DNA of 64,000 nt, taken from contig NW_027266277.1 in the NCBI RefSeq assembly GCF_022045235.1, forward strand, positions 8,556,001-8,620,000. The letters are read 5' to 3'. A program made the translations under genes and the position numbers. This document shows positions 41,037-53,936 of this stretch, in pieces; within the stretch, counting starts at the first letter, position 1; every line of letters begins with the position of its first letter. Source of the DNA: Haliotis cracherodii. Taxonomy: Eukaryota. The notes beneath the pieces were generated by a model. The model saw nothing but the letters and a program-made list of their open reading frames with translations. It was not told the origin of the DNA and did no database searches.

Positions 41037-41474
41037 GTGGGATTACGGCAAGACAGAGGACCCGTTTGATAGTGGTAGAGGGAAATCTCAATGGACAGCG
41101 CTACCGCGACGAGATCATCGGCCCTGTTGATCTACCGTTATTGCGTCGTCATGGCCCAGGCATTACCTTTCAACATGACAACGTCCGGCCTCATATTACT
41201 CGACTTGTTCAGCATTCTCTTCAACAAAACAACGTGAATGTCATTCTGGCCGGCTCGCTCCCCTCATCTCTCACCAATCGAGCACATGTGGGATGAGATG
41301 GATCGCCGCCTTCAACGTCAACCACGTGTTCCACAGACACTCCAGGAACTTCGAAACATGCTCCAGCAGTTATGGACAGATATCCCACAGGACTTTGTGC
41401 AACGCCTGGTCCATTCCATGAGACGAAGATGTGTTGCTTGCATCGCAACCAGAGGTGGACACACACGCTATTGA
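41035..41474 (+). pseudogene. Tc1 transposase C-terminal half, frameshifted
   Basis: GGITARQRTRLIVVEGNLNGQRYRDEI...FQHDNVRPH, frameshift near 41245, then WPARSPHLSPIEHMWD...SMRRRCVACIATRGGHTRY*. Confidence 0.92.
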
Positions 41475-41650
41475 TTTGTAAATTGACATTTTGGCATGCT
41501 CATGTTTTTTTTTATGAAATCACGCATCTGAAGTCAGTATGGCAAATTAAACCATTTGAACACTTACATGAGTCTTTTATCTGTTGCAAACCGAAATTGT
41601 TTCAGATTTGGTGAAAAACATACCTTTGCATTAACTCTTATTCAATGTCA
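41035..41650 (+). mobile_element. Tc1-family transposon, 5'-truncated fragment (3' boundary approximate)
   Basis: C-terminal transposase half plus AT-rich trailer; right TIR too eroded to define. Confidence 0.8.
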
Positions 41651-42924
41651 CAGGAACTTTTGTTGTTCAGAATACGATTCCATGTTTGAATTCAAGTGTG
41701 AAGCATTGCATCCATCAAACCCAAACCAATCGAGGCTCATTTCTTAATACTCTGAGACTTAGCGAGTAAGGGGAGTCGCTAGTGGCGACACATGTGCAGC
41801 GTTATACACATCTGTTTCAAATGTTGACACATGAGTTGTGTGGCTTACAGATCCCCGCTCGAGACACATTCTTGCCAACACCGATGCCTGGAAGGTCTCC
41901 TGTAAAAGCAGTGAAGACGTTGTAAGAATGTATCTACATTCGAAGATAATAGGGATGTTTGTCTTCATCTGCCAATGGGCATCCAAGTCTGTAACATAAT
42001 TCGGTTAGTACAATGCATCACGTAATTATGGTATTGCTGTTAGTTGCCATGCAAAATATGTATCTGTATGCTTATTAAGTACTATTGTGTTAGGGACCTA
42101 AACGTAGTTCATTTTCTCCATACTGGCTGCAACGATGCAGTCCAGACTATCATAATACAACGGTTAGAAGCGATTCCCTGCAATCACAACCGATGACTCA
42201 CATGTGTTAGGTGTTTATGGGAACGCTCAACAAATTGACTTTGCAGGATGTATTTCAAGTATTACAGAAGCTACCACTAAGACGTTGTCGGAGAGGCCTG
42301 ACCACTCAGTGGACACTCATAAGCAGCTTCCGTGGCCCAAGACTTCCCTTGAGCCTGGGGGATAAAGGTCTTGACGAGGCCAAATGAGCGTTGGTTGATT
42401 TGTGGTCAAACGCAGAAACCAGCTTTAAGTTTTAAGTGTCTGTTCATGAACAACTGGCTTCCCTGGGGCAATGACATTAAGGGATTATGGGCCGCGATAT
42501 GACTATCAGCAAGTAGATGGTCATCGGACACCGTCATCTAACTGATGGCAGACATGCTATCCCTGAGGGATGCAGTCACCCGGTCACCTTTATTTACCAA
42601 TTATATCTAAATATCTGGAAATGTGTAGTTGATAACGTCCTTGACGGCTCTTGGTATCGGGTGTCCTTGGAGAAGTTACTTGGCTTGTAGTGGTTTGTAC
42701 TTGGTATGTACGAGTGTAATTTGACGTTCAATAATTTTGTTCGGGGTTTGTACGAGAATTTGACGTGTAGGTAGTTATTCTTAACTGAATCTGAACGCGA
42801 GCTTGATGTGTAGTTATTCTGTACTAGGAGATCTATTTGACAGTAGTAGCTATGTACTAGATCTGTACGGGAGCTTCCTGCCGTGTAATAATTTTGTACG
42901 TGTAGTGGTTTAATACTGGGTCCG

Positions 42925-43023
42925 AACGACAGCTATTTGATGTGTAGTAGTTCTGTACGGGGTCTTAACGACAGCTATTTGATGTGTAGTAGTTCTGTAC
43001 GGGGTCTTAACGACAGCTATTTG
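42925..43023. repeat. 42-bp tandem repeat, ~2.3 clean copies with degenerate upstream relatives
   Basis: AACGACAGCTATTTG at 42925, 42967, 43009. Confidence 0.85.
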
Positions 43024-43210
43024 GCCTGTTGTCGTTTGATATTGGGTTTTATTGAGAGCTGCGTGTTGCGTTTTGGGGAATAGTAGTCCGATTCTGCAGC
43101 ACCAGTCACATAACAACGCTTTCGTATCGAGCTGAAAGATTTCCATAAACATATCGTTCTTTCCTGTAGGGAAGAATGTTCCTCAATGGATACATTGGAG
43201 TAGTAATGGC

Positions 43211-43263
<53 letters not shown>

Positions 43264-43276
43264 GTGTGTGTGTGTG
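43211..43276. repeat. (GT)n microsatellite
   Basis: GT run with two GC interruptions. Confidence 0.97.
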
Positions 43277-43435
43277 AATGATGTTTATGAATTAAACAAA
43301 ACACAAAACAACATTTTTTTCTTTGTGATGAGTAAAAAAGGAATGTTCGTATTATTAGAGAAAATGACGTAATTGGTTTTTATGATTAAACGTTTTGACC
43401 AATTTACACTGATAAATTCATGTCATTTGGTTAAA

Positions 43436-43817
43436 ATCTGTCATCACTTCCCTTGTCATTATGTTCATTGCTGTTATTATCATCTGTCATCACTTCCGTT
43501 GTTGTCATTATGTTCATTGTTGTTATTATCATATTTCATCACTTCCCTTGTTGTCATGTTCATTGTTGTTATTATCATATTTCATCACTTCCCTTGTTGT
43601 CATTATGTTCATTGCTGTTATTACTGTCTATCATCACTTCCGTTGTTGTCATTATGTTCATTGCTGTTATTATCATCTATCATCACTTCCGTTGTTGTCA
43701 TTATGTTCATTGCTGTTATCATCATCTGCCATCACTTCCGTTGTCATCATGTTCATTTCTGTTAGTATCATCTGTCATCACTTCCGTTGTCATCATGATT
43801 CATTTCTGTTATTATCA
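43436..43817. repeat. 46-49-bp minisatellite A (CATCACTTCCGTTGTTGTCATTATGTTCATTGCTGTTATTATCATCTGT), ~8 copies
   Basis: CATCACTTCC recurs every 46-49 bp. Confidence 0.9.
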
Positions 43818-43838
43818 ACTCTCCTAACTTCGATCTTA

Positions 43839-44578
43839 TGTTACGTCCATTATTGCAACTATCTTCTGTCATCAGTGCCGTCGTTGTTACGTCCATTATT
43901 GCCACTATCTTCTGCCATCAGTGCCGTCGTTGTTACGTCCATTATTGCCACTATCTTCTGTCATCAGTGCCGTCGTTGTTACGTCCATTATTGCCACTAT
44001 CTTCTGTCATCAGTGCCGTCGTTGTTACGTCCATTATTGCCACTTTCTTCTGTCATCAGTGCCGTCGTTGTTACGTCCATTATTGCCACTTTCTTCTGTC
44101 ATCAGTGCCGTCGTTGTAAAGTCCATTATTGCCACTATCTTCTGTCATCAGTGCCGTCGTTGTTACGTCCATTATTGCCACTATCTTCTGTCATCAGTGC
44201 CGTCGTTGTAAAGTCCATTATTGCCACTATCTTCTGTCATCAGTGCCGTCGTTGTTACGTCCATTATTGCCACTATCTTCTGTCATCAGTGCCGTCGTTG
44301 TAAAGTCCATTATTGCCACTATCTTCTGTCATCAGTGCCGTCGTTGTTACGTCCATTATTGCCACTATCTTCTGTCATCAGTGCCGTCGTTGTTACGCCC
44401 ATTATTGCCACTATCTTCTGTCATCAGTGCCGTCGTTGTTACGCCCATTATTGCCACTATCTTCTGTCATCAGTGCCGTCGTTGTTACGTCCATTATTGC
44501 CACTATCTTCTGGCATCAGTGCCGTCGTTGTTACGTCCATCATTGCCACTATCTTCTGTCATCAGTGCCGTCGTTGTC
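43839..44578. repeat. 46-bp minisatellite B (TTACGTCCATTATTGCCACTATCTTCTGTCATCAGTGCCGTCGTTG), ~16 copies
   Basis: Highly homogeneous 46-bp period. Confidence 0.96.
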
Positions 44579-44580
44579 AT

Positions 44581-44715
44581 TCAATACACAATACGTGAGA
44601 TGGCACTGTATACTATCTGTACAGAGAAGGGTTTCCAGTGTATTGGCATTAAATAGACAATAAGTGACAATAATGCTTGTGAAGTTGTTTCTCATAAACT
44701 ATTTAAGACTGAGTT
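44581..44715 (+). repeat. 135-bp dispersed copy of 47256-47390
   Basis: Direct repeat at offset 2675, one mismatch seen. Confidence 0.92.
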
Positions 44716-46494
44716 CAATGTTATCGTCACCACCACTGTCTTCATTTTTGTTGCTGATATTGATTTTCAGAGATGGTGTTAATTGCAGCAGTCATGCAAG
44801 ACACTGTGTAACAAGTGGTTGTCGTGTCAAATCAAATGCGGCCAGTTATGGATGCCCAGTGGGATCAATGTTATTTGCACCTATATTCCATCACGCTGAA
44901 GATGATAAAGTCAGAGCGGAACAATCGGTGAAGGAGGGCAGGATTAACGAAAGTATGGCGGACTGCTCGAGCCATTTCATACACGACTAGCACATGACTT
45001 CTCAAGAGTCAGATATAATCTGTCTCACAGTCCCTGAGCCATAATATTTACTCTTCCGCCCAGCTTTAACTGTAATGCTATGACAATAAATGAAGCAAGT
45101 CTAGAATTTCCACAGGTTCAGGTTCTCCTGTCCCACTGGAGTTTGTTTCTATTATGATTATATATTTTAGGAGAGTAAGTGAGTCTACGTCAACTGTCCT
45201 AATGCCTTATTCGTTGTCCTTACTTCAAAATCCTTGGAATGTGATTTGAGGATAATAGAATACTTCGAAATTACACAGTACAATACCATTTAAAAGACAA
45301 TAGAGCAATGAATTACCGTACCGAAATAATTATTGTGACCTGGATTTAATAGCGACACAAATAACATAAAGATGCCGCTGCAGACATCGAGAACTTCATG
45401 AATATAACACACCTTCCCTACGCGAAAGAAGATAACGTTGAGCGAGTCTAAATCGAAAACGAATAATTATGATAATTATCTCATTGCATGAAAAATTGCA
45501 TTATAACAATTGCCAGCATTAGTCTCTACCCTTCAAATATGATCCGACAGCGTTTCCATACATATGTACGTATTGATTGCGACCTTTGATTGGTGGAGGT
45601 GAAGACATGGCGTGTATGTAGCGATGGTGTCGAGTGAGTTAGGTTGTCGATAGAAGTAATCTATGACGGACCAGCGGGAGCACAAATCATCCACTTGTCA
45701 TTCAGGGCCAAACTCGGTGAATTTCTTGTCACGAAGCTGATGCATATAGCACGCAATTTCCAGGTCGTATTTCGCAAAGTCAGCCATGTTTTAGCCTATG
45801 TTAGATTGAAGATGATAGATGTCGGGACATATACGGAGAGGTTAAGGTGGACTCCAACCTCGGGTATCTTATTTCAATTAAGCGGACAAGACGATGGGAT
45901 ATTTGGGAAGATTTGCCTACTCTAAACGAGTTTTCTAATGGAAAAGAACGAAAGGCAGCAATATCTGCGTGATGTGAAAGCCACTTTGGAATTAAAGTTG
46001 TCTAGGAAATCTGGCCAGTTGTGTTGGAGTGATCACACTGGTCGTAAATCTCCTAGTTATGATGAAGTTAGATGGTCACAGTACAGAAAACAGGGCAAAC
46101 AGTTGAATCCAATTCCCAGGAATCTCGCTACATGACACGTAGAAGGAGAGTTTACTTGTGAGGGTGGAAGAAACAGGCGGTATAGCCATTGGAGATCAGA
46201 TTACTCAGTTTGGGAAGCAGATCAATGGTAGATATGTTCTATCTACAAATGAATTACATTACACTGGGGTAGATCAGTTTGCATGTGTTCAATGTTGGAC
46301 TTTCATTCGAATTAACAGCGATAATGTCAGGAACCATTTAACATACCCGGCTTAAACTATCATGTGGTAAGAGATTCGTTGATGTTGAAGCTCACCTGAC
46401 AAAAAAAATGAATCTTTCCGTTCTGTTCTGTATTGCCTAATGTACACTTTACACGCTCCAGGTGACAACTTTCCATTAAAGTTTAATGACGACT

Positions 46495-47335
46495 ATTAAA
46501 AGCACAATACGTGAGATGGCACTGCACACTATCTGTACAGAGACGGGTCTCCAGGGTCAGGGCATTAAATACACAATACGTGAGATGGCACTGCACACTA
46601 TCTATACAGAGACGGGTCTCCAAGGTCAGGGCATTAAATACACAATACGTGAGATGGCACTGCACACTATCTGAACAGAGACGGGTCTCCTGACTAAGGG
46701 CATTAAATACACAATACGTAAGATGACACTACACACTATCTGTACAGAGACGGGTTTCCAGGGTCAGGGCACTCAATACACAATACGTGAGATGGCACTG
46801 CACACTATCTGTACAGAGACGGGTCTCCAGGGTCAGGGCATTAAATACACAATACGTGAGATGGCACTGCACACTATCTGTACAGAGACGGGTCTCCAGG
46901 GTCAGGGCATTAAATACACAATACGTGAGATGGCACTGCACACTATCTATACAGAGACGGGTCTCCAAGGTCAGGGCATTAAATACACAATACGTAAGAT
47001 GGCACTGCACACTATCTGAACAGAGACGGGTCTCCTGACTAAGGGCATTAAATACACAATACGTAAGATGACACTACACACTATCTGTACAGAGACGGGT
47101 TTCCAGGGTCAGGGCACTCAATACACAATACGTGAGATGGCACTGCACACTATCTGTACAGAGACAGGTTTCCAGGGTCAGGGCATTAAATACACAATAC
47201 GTGAGATGGCACTGCACACTATCTGTACAGAGACGGGTTTCCAGGGTCAGGGCACTCAATACACAATACGTGAGATGGCACTGTATACTATCTGTACAGA
47301 GAAGGGTGTCCAGTGTATTGGCATTAAATAGACAA
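46495..47335. repeat. 69-bp minisatellite (CACAATACGTGAGATGGCACTGCACACTATCTGTACAGAGACGGGTCTCCAGGGTCAGGGCATTAAATA), ~12 copies
   Basis: 69-bp period; variant units recur at 345 bp. Confidence 0.96.
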
Positions 47336-48446
47336 TAAGTGACAATAATGCTTGTGAAGTTGTTTCTCATAAACTATTTAAGACTGAGTTGGAAAATTTG
47401 CTTCATAAATTATCATTTTCCAGAGTTACATCCTATGCATAAGCACCGCACACAACTTTACACATCAGGTTGGTCTCTGTCAGAATGTATGGATTGTGTG
47501 GTGACCGAAGACTGTTGGGTAAAGTTTGCTTCATGACCAATCAAATGCGTATTTTTTCAAATATCTAAAAATAACATAGACAAATGTTTGTTATTGCTGT
47601 TGTGTGTATTAATCTCACATATAATAAGATTTTCTCATGGCATAAAGTCACCCTAGTGCATATCTCTTCTTTTGGCTTGGTAGGACTTTTCATAGCTAAC
47701 ATTAACTTGCATGTTATTCACTACTATTTGAACAAACAAAACTCTGATGTGCTCCATCGCGGTGGATAGAGATAACGCTGTGTTCTTGTACATATGTACT
47801 TCCTATATACGACGCCATTACAATGTCATGTTTGTGCTACCCTTGGAGTTTTGGTGAGAACAAACTGGGCAATGAAAAGCGTGTGAGCTTCATGAATAAC
47901 GATATGGAATACGGAAAGAAGGTAAAAATTATCAGTGATGAAGAATTGTAGACAAAAGTGATGAAGTAAACATCTAAGATGTGAAGTTATTCAACATATA
48001 CGTATCAACAAATGGGCCCAGCTAAAAGTACATCGTGTATTGGCAATTTGATTTGAAAGTCTTCCCATTTAAACACTCTGGTGTAAAACTGAAGCACTGA
48101 ACGTTCGGAGCTGTCCTGTGTTAAAAAAAAGTTTAAAAACAGAATATTTTATCGACAAAATGAACGGTGTTTTTGTTTTCTCTGACATTCTGACAGTGAC
48201 CTTGAAGTACAGGTATGCCGCTTCACGTTGGACCGAGTTAGCGACACAGCACCGGCGTCGCTTCAACAATGTGTTTGCTTTGCCGTAACAGGTCTCCCTG
48301 TAGCTCCATCGTGATTTGTCATGACATCGGAAACCGACGTTGTCCTTTCAGGGTACATACCTTTCCCCTTACGTCAATATGACGTTGTCACCAGTAACGA
48401 CGTAATGGTGCTCCTCAGTCACGACAAACATTTTCTGTGCGACCTC

Positions 48447-48462
48447 CAGCGCCCTCTAGTGT
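48447..48462. promoter_or_regulatory. CTCF-like core motif
   Basis: CAGCGCCCTCTAGTGT closely matches the CTCF core (AGCGCCCYCTRGTGG orientation); motif match only. Confidence 0.35.
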
Positions 48463-50495
48463 TAAGCTGGCTGATGACAACACACTGGCGTTGTTTGTGG
48501 TGGTGATAACCTTAATTACGTTAGGCGTTCAATAAACTGTAATTATGTCGAGCAAACTGTCAGGTACACGAAATGGATTCACAGTTTCATCTTACGAAAG
48601 AATTATCAATTAATCGTCCGTTTAATGTCAACAAGACTCGAGATGAAGTTACATGACGCAAGATCTAATTTTGAACATGATGTCACTGTTTACCAATCTA
48701 ACTAATTCTTTTACGTACCTTCTCAATGCGGGTATCTGTAAAACCAAATGATGTTCTGTCCGGGTGTTCAACATCTCTGGTGTCAGTGTCGTCTAGGTTA
48801 AAACTACCTTTAAAGATGCATTCTTTGGAAAATGGACCCTATCCCATGTGTGCCGCTGTAGTCGCGTAAATATGTCGGTTTTTTCTATATGAGAAACAGA
48901 GAGAGAGATTGCAATACTGGATACTAAATGCCACGTTTTATGTATGGCACATTTCGTCATTGAATCATATGAGGAGTTTGTTACCATTGATTAACAACTT
49001 TTCTCGCGCTCGTTACAAAAGATCGTGTATGCTGATTCAAAGATATATGAACACGTCGATAATGTTATTCGGTTGTTTAGATAAAAAGTATATACTGTTC
49101 CTGAACAAGAAGTCAAGCAGTCAATTGCACGCTGCTGTCCTCCTTAATGGGCGGTTTCTGTGAACAAGTGGGAGTCTATTTGATTGCGAATCGATGAAGC
49201 ACCTTGTAGCCCCGGAATCGCGAAGCTGCTGCTTGATGATGTATATCCAAAGTATCAACATCTCGGCTTTCCTCGTCCCTTTGGCACTTATCCCGAACAC
49301 AGAGCTATAATATAGGAAATAGCTAGTCGCCCCATCACGATGGTGCATAGACTATATCGAAATTAAACCATATCTCACGAGTATTTGAGTCAGCGACAAG
49401 GCAGTATTGCTTGGTGCCAGTGTCAGGAAATTACTGATAATGTTTGATATACAATTATTGTCACTGCCCGGTGTACAGCATGTCGCCTTCCTTATCACTT
49501 CCAATCTCACCAACGGTTTGTGTTTTGCTTTATATGGATTCCTTGGGGGATTTTATTGGCGATAAATCGGGGGGAAATATTGATTAATTGTAACAATCAG
49601 ATTTCCAATTGGGTTATATCACTTATTTTATCCCCCACATATGTTTTTAGTAATGTAATTTACTTTTTTTATTAGTAATGAATCATACTACTTTGTGTTA
49701 TATGAGAGTAAAGTTAGCAATAAGAAATGTGACACATCGTATTCATAATTACAAGAGAATGCGTTGTATTTGGACGTTAGACGCTAGCTCTCAAAGGTAA
49801 TGATTAAAGAGTCACCGTCCATCCAGACAACATCCCTCCATTTTAATTGCTAAAAAACCTAACCGATTACTTTTCAAGTGTTTACTTAAACTGCAGTAAC
49901 TGTAAGTATAAAAACAACTTTGCATTGATATATGTGTTAAGGTCGATGATATAAAGAAAAAATCGGTCGCGCTCATACATGATGAATTTCATATGACAAA
50001 TATTGCAGGGGATATTTACACGGACTCCCGCTCATATATATAGGAGATGTTCAAGAGAGTTCACTGAGCACAAATTGCTGGGCAAAAACCTAATGTTGGC
50101 TAAATTCTGACAGGTGAAGTGATTTCTACTCCAATCTTTGTCATGTGGCGAATATACTTAGCTGACAATTATTGCCAGTACGCACGTGTTGACCCGCCGC
50201 AGTTACACAAACGTGGCCAGACTGGAGCTTGTGGAAGTCGTGGGCAAGACAGAGACAAATTATAAGTATAATAAAGTATAATAATAACACTTGTAAATGA
50301 TCGGTTTCTTCCGTGGCGGCACATATGGCTTACAGTAAAACGATGGATTTAACCTCTCGCTCCTGACAGACATTGTAAAACATTTCATTCGGGCGTGATG
50401 AATTAGTTTGTTACGCCAGTGCATTTTTTCCAATATACAAATGTCTTGGAAATGAAAAAGAAATATTATATGTGTGTATATGCATCCTGAAGTCA

Positions 50496-50668
50496 NNNNN
50501 NNNNNNNNNNNNNNNNNNNNNNNNNNNNNNNNNNNNNNNNNNNNNNNNNNNNNNNNNNNNNNNNNNNNNNNNNNNNNNNNNNNNNNNNNNNNNNNNNNNN
50601 NNNNNNNNNNNNNNNNNNNNNNNNNNNNNNNNNNNNNNNNNNNNNNNNNNNNNNNNNNNNNNNNNNNN
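50496..50668. other. Assembly gap (N run)
   Basis: 173 Ns. Confidence 0.99.
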
Positions 50669-50950
50669 ATTTGATAAATCAAATGAAACCATTTATATCA
50701 TTGAATTTTCTGCCCCTTTTGGCACTAATGTGATTGACAAGATTAGGGGGAAATACTTGCATCCCAAGTACCAAGTTGTCCGACTTGTCCGATTGTTCTC
50801 GGTGCCTTAGGTTTGGTACCTCTATTGACTGACATTGGGAGAGTACCCGGCTTTGCTACCAGGAATACAGACAATCTGGGTAATGCAGAAGGCTGCAGTG
50901 TTGGGGAATCTTCACATTCTCCGAAAAGTTCTGGGTGGGTTGGACTGGGC
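50669..50950 (+). mobile_element. 3' coding remnant of an RLE non-LTR retrotransposon (R4/Dong-like), frameshifted
   Basis: Across frameshifts reads FDKSNETIYIIEFSAPFGTNVIDK...HPKYQVV / PIVLGALGLVP / MQKAAVLGNLHILRKVLG, resembling the C-terminal restriction-like endonuclease region of R4/Dong ORFs. Confidence 0.72.
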
Positions 50951-51048
50951 AGCGCTTCCTGGGAGAAGTCCCATTCGCTGTCTGGGCTGCGTGTAGAGGC
51001 GACAAGGGCCCCGAGCTGATAATGAGCCAAACCGACCTGACTGCTGAT

Positions 51049-51800
51049 TTGACCACCTCAATATGAACACAGTGGTTCTACTGAGTATATTGACCAGTTC
51101 AGTATGAAACTAGTGGTAATACTAGGTATACTGACCACCTCAAAATGAAACGAGTGTTGCGACTGAGTATATTGCCCACCTCAAAATGAAACGAGTGTTT
51201 CTACTGAGTATATTGATCGCCTCAATATGAAACGAGTGTTGCTACTGAGTATATTGCCCACCTCAATATGAAACTTGTAGTACTGGGTACATTGAACACC
51301 GCAGTATATTGACCACCTCAATGGTAACTAGTGGCACTACTCAATATATTGACCATTTCAAAGGGAATTAGTAGCACTATTGAGTATATTGACCACCTCA
51401 ATGGGAACTAGTGTCACTACGGAGTATACTGACCACCCCAAAGGGAAATAGTGGCTCTACTGAGTATATTGATCACCTCAATGGGATTTAGTAGCACTGC
51501 TGAGTATATTGACCACCTCAGTGGGAACTAGTGACACTACTGAGTATATTGACCACCTCAATGGGAATTAGTGACACTACTGGGTATATTGACCACCTCA
51601 ATGGGAATTAGTGACACTACTGGGTATATTGACCACCTCAATGGGAATTAGTGACACTACTGGGTATATTGACCACCTCAATGGGAATTAGTGACACTAC
51701 TGGGTATATTGACCATCTCAGTGGGAATTAGTGACACTACTGGGTATATTGACCACCTCAATGGGAACTAGTGGCACTGTTGAGTACATTGAACACCGCA
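51049..51800. repeat. 40-bp minisatellite (TATTGACCACCTCAATGGGAATTAGTGACACTACTGGGTA), ~18 copies
   Basis: Exact 40-bp register 51381-51790; edges diverged. Confidence 0.94.
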
Positions 51801-53936
51801 GTACATGAGTACATTAAATACGTCAATATAAAACCTTTAGGTACTCATGACAACATAAATACTTCACTATGAAAGTAGTGGCTGGCACTACATAGTACAT
51901 TGAACACATTAATATGAACTAGTGGCACTATTACAGTGTTGCAACTAGTAGTTTGAACATTGAACAGAGTCCGGCAATATGACACACTGAACAATTGTCC
52001 ATACTACAGAATAACGCTATAACACACCGCTGGTGTTAAACGTAAATCAAACTTAGACATATCAGTGATTCACTGTGTACAGGTTACTCACTCAAAATTG
52101 TATAATACAAAAAATATAGACATCGAACTTTTATTTCATTTTCCCCCATTTTCCCCATCTGTCATTTGACTAAAATACCAATCGTATGCCATCTGGATGC
52201 AGACGAACATTTCCTCGGCAGTCGGGGCCTCGTGGAAACTGATTACCCGCGAGAGATTCGCACCGAGCCCATCTGTGGGACAAGGAACCAATCTGGTAAA
52301 CAATGCCACTATTTACTGAAGTTATTGAAGCTTCGGGTCCTCGGTAGAAGAAGAGATCCACCAAAATCCATTCAATCTCCAACCTTACGAAGCCTTATTG
52401 CCCTTATCGACCAATGTCTGATGTTTAATCTCAAATATTCGTTTGATTTCAGACAGATGATGACGCAAAACGCCTACTGCTCAGTGATTGGTTGGCTATT
52501 GATCCAGCACGTGCTTACCGCGCGCTGGAAGGCTTTTCCCGCCAATCTGACGCTATTGAAACACCAGCCTATCTACTTTGAAGCTAGAAGACTAAAACTT
52601 TCAAAAGACATTATTCGGTTTAATTTTTCAGTTGTGAATGTCGGAATGTTTGAAAGTTGCAGGGAGTCTATGATGGATGATCCATGTGTAAAAAGTTCTC
52701 TTGCTTCCATCAGCTCAGAAAGACACACAAGCCAAGGGATAGGTAGAGTTTCAGCTCTGAAGCAGAACTACCAGAATTGTCACACGTTTTTTGGAAGAAA
52801 GGCACAATAATTTCAATCCCACTTCCTATACTGCACTATTTAATGCACAGAATCCCCGTAAATGACCGCTATCCACGCAGCAGAGCCCCTCGACAGTTGG
52901 AAAGTAACAGCACCAGGTTAATCCGCGGTAGCTGCTTTCAGCCCCAGTCCAGATGCACTATCTGTCAATGTTCACGTGTCGGATTAGGAAGATCAGGCAA
53001 ATATACTGCAGAAATCCCTTTCCCACTTATCTATACATCATATCGTTCTCCACTTAGCCAGGCTTCTATCTGTACATCATATTACAAGACAGTAATTTGA
53101 CTTGTACAAACATGTTCACAATGGGGAACGCATATTTATTTCATCAGACATGTTACTGTCTGACAGATCAGATATTCCGACGCCACTGTTGTTATAAAAG
53201 ATAAATGAGAAATAAATAAGCAGCTGATCTGAATGAAGCATCTTACAGTAGAGGGCGAAGATCATTGGAAGTGGCGTATATTAGAATGTAACCAGTCCTT
53301 CATACAATTGAGGAGCATATGGTGTTTTATAGTAGACCTATTGAAATCTTTTTGAGAAACATGTTAAATAGTCTTACAAAGTATATATTTACACAGAAAG
53401 TCATTTGTGATTTCATTGTTATCTAGCAAACAACTGCCCTGACCCAACAACCAGCGCCTATTATATTAAAATCCCAGGTTGAGGCCGGGCTGTAGCTGTG
53501 ACGTCATCGTGGAGAGACGTTTCGTTTACAGTGCATTAATCTACATGACATTGAAGTGATTTCTGTTATTCTCGGCGTATTGATGAGGCGAAATTGAGTA
53601 TTGTGTTAGCGTAGGGGTGTACTAGTTCATCAAACAAAAGTACCAAGTGTCATTTCTTGTAATTTCCAAGCGAAAAGGCCGATTTAGGTAGGGAGAAAGT
53701 TTGGAAAAAAGCGGGGAGGAAAATGGAAACCGACTAGACATGCCATTTTGTGTTTCTCGCATTTTGAGGCATCTGTCTATGAGTCCACTCAAACTAAACG
53801 AACATGGTTACGACAATAAATTTAGCAAGGTTACATGTAATCCATGACTGACTACCCTCGTACAACAATTACAAAGGACTATGCACACTGATCAGATTAC
53901 ATGTTGAGGTTACATATTTGGCACAGGTTTAATGTA

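Noticed and set aside
43373-44663. Cys/His-rich zinc-finger-like ORFs
   Set aside because: A 46-bp unit cycles through frames; not a domain
44581-47390. LTR element bounded by 135-bp direct repeats
   Set aside because: No TG...CA ends, PBS/PPT or gag-pol remnants seen; the repeat is a satellite unit plus flank
52166-52810. 214-aa ORF
   Set aside because: Non-ATG start, no recognisable domain or splice context
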